A stretch of 64,000 bases of DNA from Lingula anatina (taxonomy: Eukaryota; Animalia; Brachiopoda). The notes beneath the pieces were generated by a model, which did not search any database, was not told where the DNA came from, and was given only the letters and a program-made list of their open reading frames with translations. The stretch spans positions 7,750,001 through 7,814,000 of the forward strand of contig CM120642.1 in the NCBI GenBank assembly GCA_051362555.1. Direction: 5' to 3'. The stretch's first letter is position 1. The number at the start of each line of letters is the position of its first letter. Both the position numbers and the translations under genes were made by a program. Of this stretch, positions 56,262 to 64,000 are shown one piece after another.

Positions 56262-58354
56262 CTGACATTTTTAGCAAGAGTTTATTTCGGCTGAAACAAT
56301 CAAATTTGCAAAATGAGTATTCCTGTACTTCGTGCTTTAAGCATTTAAATGCTCAGTGTTTCAATTTCTCCACATTGTTCTTTAACATTTCTGTAAGCCG
56401 AGATTTATGATGCTAGCATTGCATTTTGATCGCATTATATAAATGTGATGAGATCTGAAACATGATGCTTACGACACCCATTTGCAATGCCTCGTGTAGT
56501 TTTTTTTTACAACGAACCCGATTTTACCATTTTATCATGCATGTATAATTTATTTATTTCATTATTATCAAACATTTCTGATATGTGAAACGAGGTGCTA
56601 AAATGATGAAAACACGCCAAGAGATCTGCTATCCACCAATTACATTTTAAACCGGTGGCAAGTAGGGGTCTTAAGCTGATCGTTGACGAATGTTTTTTTC
56701 GAAAAGAATAAATGCTCATCAAAATCTTGATCACGAATACATTTTTTCTTGATACATACCCAGGGATGTTATGTGCCCGTGGCGATATGCTGAACACTGA
56801 AGCCTGTCCATTTAGCCAAGTTTCAGTGAAGATGGAGAGCAACCTACAGCCGCTACCGAGAAATATCTCGCTTCACTCGACATTTCCTTGTGGCATCTCT
56901 CGGAAAACTCGGATTTATACTCGATGTAGTCTAGAATTTCACGACTACATCTTGTGGGTTAAGTCAGTCGAGGTCTCTAAAATGCTGAAAGCCGAAGACA
57001 GGGCTTTAGAAGAGAATAGTGGCTTTGCTTCCGTTATATACCTAGATAAATTAAAAATCTCCCACACTCTTAAAATTAGCATAAACTTTTTACGTTCAAC
57101 AATTATTATCTATCATTTTATTAGTTACACCAAGTCATATCATATGGGTATGGTTTAAAAACGGGAAAATTGCATACGAAAAATATTTGTTAATCTATAA
57201 CTTTTTAACGACTGTTGTGTTATTTACCTTTAATGTATCTTGGGTATCTTTAATGCCTGTGTAGCGTCTTTTGATTTCATGAAAGGAACAAACCTTAGAT
57301 CGACAGTCTTGATTGTCTTAGATGCGAGATGCGACAACAAAAATTGCGCACTCGCTTCTCAACAATACAATTCCACATTTCCGGTAAGCCATCCCCATTA
57401 CTAGTATTAAGTTTTTGGAGCGATAATCGATATCTCTTGTCAGTGAGACAATTTGATTAATGAAGACAAAAAGCATGGTTTTATTTGAATGCAGCTGAAA
57501 GAAATAACACGCAAAACAGGTCAGTTTTCCAAGTGTTTGACTGTAATTCATTTGTATGGGAATGTCGTATCTTATTTCCACGTATGCATTTGACCAATTC
57601 CATATTATCAATCTTGACAAATGTCATTACATAGGCAGTAACCCCCCCCCCCCCCCCCTTTTAGAATATCAGTGTAAGCGCCGTTCTGTAAAACAAACAG
57701 CTTGAATACTGAAAAAAATGTTTATTCCTCTTCTGAACACTTTGAACACCGTAAAAACCTTGATATCCAATCCGTATACCGTAAACATGTACAGAAACAA
57801 ACTTATATCTTTTAAGCTTTCCTAAGCTGACAAAAAGTCCACAATGGTTTTACATACTATCTGGTTCCTACATGTACGGGTATTTATTTGGACAAATAAT
57901 CCACACTATACGGCCTTATACAAGACTGTACTCTTATTAAAAATCCGAGTTTCCCCAGACCTGTTCATGCACCACATACGTATAATGGCACATTTTAACA
58001 CTCAAGCGAAATCCAGCATGGGACGCCCTGTGTTTACTCTAGATTGTGACAGCAGTATGCAATCACATCCAGTCGCACTCTTACACGTGATAGATTTCTA
58101 GTTCTTTTTGGTCAACAAATTTCCACTCTGTATGTTTATTCGGGACCGTACTATTATTAGATTCTGAGCATTTTCCACCCTATACTACTATTCCAAACCG
58201 TATGGCAATTAGGAACTAGAGAGTACACTGACTAAACCGTCCACTGGCTATCCGCGACTGACCTTGCCGTCACGACCGCGAGAACTACTCATGCAGTGAC
58301 CAAGCGCAAGAGATACGGGTCATTTCACAATATTGGCCACCCTGGAGACTACCT

Positions 58355-58503
58355 TGGCTCCGTAACGCAAAAGCATCGCGAACTGCGATTGCGATATCAC
58401 CTTTCACTTCCAGTCTATTATATGGGGCGAGTAAATGCCGAGTTATGGAATAGAGACGCTTGCGCTCGGTCGCAATTCGCGATGCTTTCGAGTTACGGAG
58501 CCA
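58355..58503. mobile_element. Small foldback element/MITE with ~34-bp imperfect inverted repeats
   Basis: TGGCTCCGTAACGCAAAAGCATCGCGAACTGCGA versus the reverse complement of TCGCAATTCGCGATGCTTTCGAGTTACGGAGCCA (4 mismatches). Confidence 0.6.
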
Positions 58504-58858
58504 TGTACATAGCAGGCACATTGATCTTATTTTAACTAAAGACTTCTGGGATTGTTATGTATATACTTTCACCAACTACTTTCACCAATACTTTCACCAA
58601 CCCCTACAACGTAACAAAAAATTCTTCACATGCTGCCATCAAAAAGTATTTATTTATTTTTGAATGTGGCTTGTGAAAATTTTTCAAATCAGCCGTCCTC
58701 ATTGGCCTACAAGTCACCATTTTGTATAGTTATCAAAATCTAATAATTAAGGTTAAAAATAATTTAATAATAAGTTATGAAAGTAGAACAAACAGTTCTT
58801 ATGTAAATGGAAATGTCCTGAAAGCGTAACTAGACAACTGTCTTCCAAACGAAGCGGG

Positions 58859-61303
58859 TTAGTTGTACACAATCCAGTCAGCTGTGTAACCGAATCCTGT
58901 GGCGGCGTGTATTTCAGTCACCTCATTAAATTGTTCCTTGTCCCACCGGATGGTCGTTTGGAATCCGGGGACAATGCCTCTTCCAATTGCTAAAGTGGAC
59001 GCCGTTGTGTTCCATTTTAACCAGAAGGAATAATATTTCTTTGAACTTATGAGATCCCGACGCACAAAAGGAACCATGTTTGCGAAGCGTTCGTAAATGC
59101 CCGGGATATTTAATACCATGGCGGGAAAGGGAATCGGAAAGGGAAAATGCTCATAACAGCAGGAAATTATGAATGTGAAAACACGTTTTCCACGCTCTCT
59201 GATAATGATGTATACTTCATCGCCTGAAAATTGAAACAGAAAAGTGAGAAATAAAAATGAATGACAAACATATATCAGGCAACATATCCTTTTGTTATAC
59301 ATAGTACTAGTGCGTTCATCTATTATCTGGACCAAGTGGCTGAAATAGTAGAGTGCTTGCCTCTGTTGCAGAAGGTCGTGGGTCAACCCCCGGCCGGGTC
59401 ATTCCAAAGACCATCATAAAAATGGTACCCTTTGTCTCCTTGCTTAGCACTTAGCATATAAAAGTAGGGAACAAATTCTGACAACTTTTCTTATTACAAA
59501 GGGTTAAGAATGAACCAGTTTAAAAAGTGTCACTATAATTCGCGTGTTTCTACTTATACTATTTGACGTGTAACAGCCAACAAGTGACCAGCCACATTTA
59601 TCAGCTAAGTTCAGACACACTTGCGACTCAGTGAGATTCTCCGGGCTTTCGTGTTCTTATTAAGACCAGATAAACGAGGAAATATTAATCTCGGTCAGTA
59701 GTGGTCTTAAAATGTTTGTCCTTTTTAGAATTTCCTTGATATTATGGACATTGTTTTTTCCATGAATCGCTAGCAAAAGATTTTTTAGAAATGTGTGACA
59801 AATAATACTGCTTCCGGAAACGTAAAAAATATGGTCACGGTTGTTTAAGTTTCCTGCAAAGGCAGCAGTGCACCTGACGTGCACTGTGGAAAAGTGCACT
59901 GCATTTGGGAAATTTTAACTTTTATATTGAGGAGGCTCTCTGATATTTGAGAAACACCATTTCTGCTCTGGCGATTTCGATAAAAATTGTAAGATAAAAT
60001 GTGGTCACCATATGAGTCAAAATTATGAAAAAAATGGGGGGGGGGGGGGGGGTAATCCAGCTGGTTTCCGAAAAGCGTCACTTTTATTACATTGAGGTTT
60101 TTGCCAAAATGACCCTCATTTGGCAGAAAAATGTAAAAAAAAAAATCTGCCCTACCTCTCTTCTCCTAATATGAGAAAGCCTCCTTGAATACACGATCAA
60201 GACTTTAGATGTATCTTACCTCTCACGTCAAAACGAACACGGTCCCGTCTGGAGAGATCAGATATGGGAAACTTGATAGAATAATTGATGTTATCCGGAG
60301 TGGAAAAGTTGAATGAGATTCTCGTAAAACCTGGAAACAAATAAAGGTGAAATTAAAGAGAACAACAAAATTCAAAGCAATCAAACCGCCTTTAACGTAT
60401 TTATTTCTTCTCACAGAGCACACGAGATTTTTAGTGTATTTTATTTATTTTGTAACATTAAGGAAACACGTAAAAACGGCACTTTTCAATAAATTAAAGG
60501 GAGACTAACTGCTGTAAAATATATACTATGTTTAATGTCGTTTGATATTAAGAGTTGACGCTCGTGTTCCTGATACTTACCAATTCTTGATTTACTGACA
60601 AGTTCTGAAAGCGAATATCGTTGAAAAATTGAAATAGCGTGCATTATTGGGCAAAATGTTCTTTTAAGCTACATGTTGACGTTATTTTTGTAATGTTTTC
60701 ATCAACTGTAAATTTTTTCCTTCAATAATAATAATAATAATAATAAACTTTTTCAGAAACACCTACATATATTTTGTATTACTTAGTTATTTTAGAAAAA
60801 AACATCTTCCAATTTGTTTCAAGAAACTTCTGCTACTTACCCGACACCACGATTGCAGTTATTCCACCGACAATCAAAATAAGTGCCAAGGCTGCCATCA
60901 GTTTCAGTTTTACAGTTAGTTTTCTGGCCGTTCCACTTATGTCACTCCCTTGTGCACGTCGTTCTGAAAAACAAAACAATGACGAAATCAGAAAAAGACG
61001 GAAAATTGTTTTAGGTTACATGGGTACCAATTGTCTAAACACCAAAGCAACGTGAATTTAGTACACGGATAGTGGTATATGGACTCATATAAAGCACCAA
61101 ATAATATTTCGTATAAGAGTTATATGGTTTTTACTTTGTCCATTGTGTGTGTGTGTGTACGTGCTGACTGTAATATGTTTTTAAGGAAACTTACCATTTT
61201 TGGGGAAATCGCCAGGAATAGTGTCATATAAATCGCCGCTATATTGGTCATCATCGCATTTTACAGCATGTTCAACGGGATTACCACCTCCAGAGGAACA
61301 CAT
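58859..61303 (-). CDS. Type II membrane protein with a C-terminal FAMeT-like (Methyltransf_FA) domain, copy 2 (235 aa)
   Basis: Exons 61303-61195, 60963-60841, 60330-60220 and 59223-58859 (708 nt, canonical GT-AG, all phase 1). MCSSGGGNPVEHAVKCDDDQYSGDLYDTIPGDFPKN..RKLTVKLKL-MAALALILIVGGITAIVVSG-FTRISFNFSTPDNINYS..TGFGYTADWIVYN. An additional upstream exon cannot be excluded. Confidence 0.8.
59329..59470 (+). mobile_element. Degenerate tRNA-derived SINE fragment (central domain resembling Meta/MESC-type SINEs)
   Basis: A/B-box-like head (TGGCTGAAATAGTAGAGTGC..GGTCAACCCC) followed by CGGCCGGGTCATTCCAAAGACC..AAAAATGGTACCC..CTCCTTGCTTAGCACTTAGCAT; absent from the other gene copies. Family assignment is from memory. 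Confidence 0.6.
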
Positions 61304-62104
61304 ATTTGGTGTGAGAGATTGAAAGAAAAACTTCCTGCCAATTCTTAAGCCAACCTGGACAGTCTCATAAAAACATTTTAATGCTCAATGTTTGGTTTTA
61401 TCAGGATTGCTCTTTTCTGTTTCGCACGCCGAGTTATATGATGCCAGCGTCACGTTTTAATCGCATTATATAAATATGATGAGGCTTGAAACATTATTCT
61501 CACGCTTTTATAAATGTTATTGCTCTCGAACATTTCTGATATGACAAAAAAATAGTGACCGTGCGCACACATAGGCTATTATAAAAAGGAATATACATGT
61601 ACATGTGTAACTGAAAACTCCACCCTGCTAGTCTGAAGCTGTCATTTTCATTTTCAGTCAGAAAAAAACAAATAGGAAGAGCTGCACCATCATGAAACCT
61701 ACCAAAGACAGACAGAATATTAAATTTGCTCTAGCCCGCAAGAGGACAGCCGTTTCTGTATAGCTCAAGCACATCTGAACCACAGTTTGACCCTGAATCT
61801 TCAACTGCCCTGAATCTTGCCATCTCACGGCTAAATGCCGGAAGTATGCTATATGGTGATCGCGGGAAACCCTATGATCAGTCTAATCAAATATTTCTAA
61901 CAAAATTTGAAAATGAGTGTTGTTTAAGTTATGGGCATATGTGAATGTACCATGTTTTGAATCTTACAGGGCGATATTCAAATTTACACTTTCAAAACGG
62001 ATTATTATTCCGCATTGTTGGATCAGTGTTGGAAAAAGACATACACGTACATACATATCTATTTCTGTTTGATTATTCACCTAATAATTTTTCTAATGCG
62101 ACCC

Positions 62105-62142
<38 letters not shown>

Positions 62143-63443
62143 AAGAGTATATTGCAGCCGAAACAATCAAATTTATAAAAGTATTCCTGTACTTTCTGCT
62201 TTCAGCATTTGAATGCTCATTGTTTGGTTCTCTCAGCATTGCCCTTTTCAGCACTGCGTTTTAATGGCATTTTACAAATGTGATGAGATCTGAAACATGA
62301 TGCTCACGACACCCATTTGCATTGCCTCATGTACTTTTTTTTAACAACGAACCCGATTTTACCATTTTATCATTTATTTATTTCATTGTTATCGAACATT
62401 TCTGATATGTGAAACGAGGTGCTAAAATGACGAAAACAGAGATCTGCTATCCACCAACTACATTTTAAACCGGCTGCAAGAAGAGGTCTGAAACTGGTCG
62501 TTGGCTATCGTTTTTTGAGAGAATAAATGCTCATCAAAATCTTAATCACGCATGCATTTTTACTTGTTAAAACACAAATGAGCACATCGATGTTATACAT
62601 AAATAGATGACCATATATTTACAGGTTGGACATCACGACTGTCTGTTATGACGTATGCTACATAAAGTTTCAAAATATCGTAACCCGCGATAGTAGCCCT
62701 GACTTCATTGTGATAGATGCGACAGGTAAAATAGCGCACTCGCCTCTCAAAAATACAATTTCATAATTTTCGGTAACAGTCGTACGCTTTAACCATAAAG
62801 TTCTTGGAGCGGGAATCATATATCTTGCAGGTTAGCCATTTACAAGATGAAGACATAAGGCATGCTGTATTTAGATACGGATGCCGTAGGTTGCACAGTA
62901 GTGGGCGCACAGGTGGCTCACAGTTTTATAGGTAAAGTTCAGATTCGGTCGTCCAAAGGACGAACAAGGGACGCAGAAGCATTTACACTGGGACACGATT
63001 TAATTGCTTTGGCGACCATTGATTGGCCTGACCACAATTTTGATCGTAGATGGGACACTGAAAGAACGCCTTCCAGTGAAAAGGGGGCTTAAAGGAATTT
63101 GTTCTACGTACACGGTGTGATCTAATTAAGAGTGTGATAAATGTTGAATCAATTCATTGCAATCTACACATTCCTAACTACAAGTGTGTGCGTGTATTGA
63201 ATCAAGTGCGATACACGCATAATAACTTGCATACACATGTGCTAAGCGAAACTGGTATTCCAGTAATTTCTCCTTTTCGACAAAATTCGACGTGAGCTAG
63301 TTAAATGTTAGTATTTCTAACCATGTGACATTTTACCAAGCGTGTACCTTTACTGAAGAAGGTATCATCAAAGCGTTACCAGGCAACTGCGTTGCGTCTC
63401 TAGTGAACCAAGTGCTAATAACGTCTTCCAAACCAAGCGCGGG

Positions 63444-64000
63444 TTAATTGTACACAATCCAGTCAGCTGTGTTACCGAATCCTGTGGCAGCGTGTATTTC
63501 CGTCACCTCATTAAATTGTTCCTTGTCCCACCGGATGCTTCTTTGCCATCCGGGGACACTGCCTCTTCCAATTACAATAGTGGACGCCGTTGTATTCCAT
63601 TTCAACCAGAAGGAATAATATTTCTTAGAACTTATGAGGTCTCGAAATTGAAATGAACTAATATGTGTGTCGTTGTCATTGATTCCCGGGATTTTTAATA
63701 TCATGGCTGGACTGGTGATGTTCAAATCGACGGCATACTGGCAACAGGTAATGACGAACGCGAAAACACTTTTTACACGTTCTTTTACTATGATGTTTAC
63801 TTCATCGCCTGAAAATGAACACAGAATTGGATGAAATAAATATAAATCATGATCAGATATTCAACAACAAAATTACAACGAAGTCACGATGAAAACTTTT
63901 TTCGTTCTTCGTACCTTTTACGTCAAAACGAACGCGGTCCCGCCTCGAGAGATCAGATATGGGGAACCTGACAGAATAAGTGATGTTATCCGGTGTGGAA
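63444..64000 (-). CDS. FAMeT-like domain gene, copy 3 (3' part; runs off the right edge)
   Basis: Exons 64000-63915 (partial; STPDNITYSVRFPISDLSRRDRVRFDVKG) and 63808-63444 (365 nt, same length as in copies 1 and 2); 106-bp intron. Confidence 0.8.

Larger units (their letters stand above)
46695..64000. repeat. Tandem segmental duplication, three units (~46695-57256, ~57257-62690, ~62690-end), each carrying a FAMeT-domain gene
   Basis: A homologous block TGCGACA...GCACTCGC...TTGGAGCG recurs at ~46760, ~57330 and ~62718; flanks and introns of units 1 and 2 align (e.g. 53659-54950 with 59814-61190, and 55620-56730 with 61380-62550). Confidence 0.85.

Noticed and set aside
56712-57158. 148-aa plus-strand ORF
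   Set aside because: No motif, and not conserved in the duplicated unit; probably a repeat fragment.
62862-63092. Possible LINE (L2) remnant on the minus strand (GRRSFSV...AIKSCPSVNA)
   Set aside because: Requires frameshifts, and the end TTAAGCCCCCTTTTCACTGG could equally be a DNA-transposon terminus; not assignable.

Overview
Invertebrate animal (eukaryotic) genomic DNA with GT-AG introns, microsatellites and MITEs; no prokaryotic features. From left to right: (1) the 5' part of a minus-strand multi-exon gene of unknown function (coding exons 206-1639). (2) A tail-to-tail pair of ovo/shavenbaby/OVOL-type SNAG + 4xC2H2 transcription factor genes: ovo-A (+, 12733-19829, 424 aa) and ovo-B (-, 29751-40395, 450 aa). 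They are old paralogues with heavily diverged synonymous sites, yet they share one 196-bp tract (ZF1-ZF2) that is 195/196 identical. That tract forms an inverted repeat around a 12.4-kb segment whose inversion would swap their last exons and 3'UTRs in frame. (3) A tandem array of at least three minus-strand genes for predicted type II membrane proteins: a cytoplasmic tyrosine motif, one TM helix and an extracellular FAMeT-like (Methyltransf_FA) domain with two hypervariable loops, suggesting a diversifying receptor family. (4) Nested in an intron of the first copy, a chimeric Cys/His-motif + BACK-like + acidic-tail gene. Gene models were built by hand from splice signals and frame continuity. 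Family assignments come from motif recognition, not database searches.
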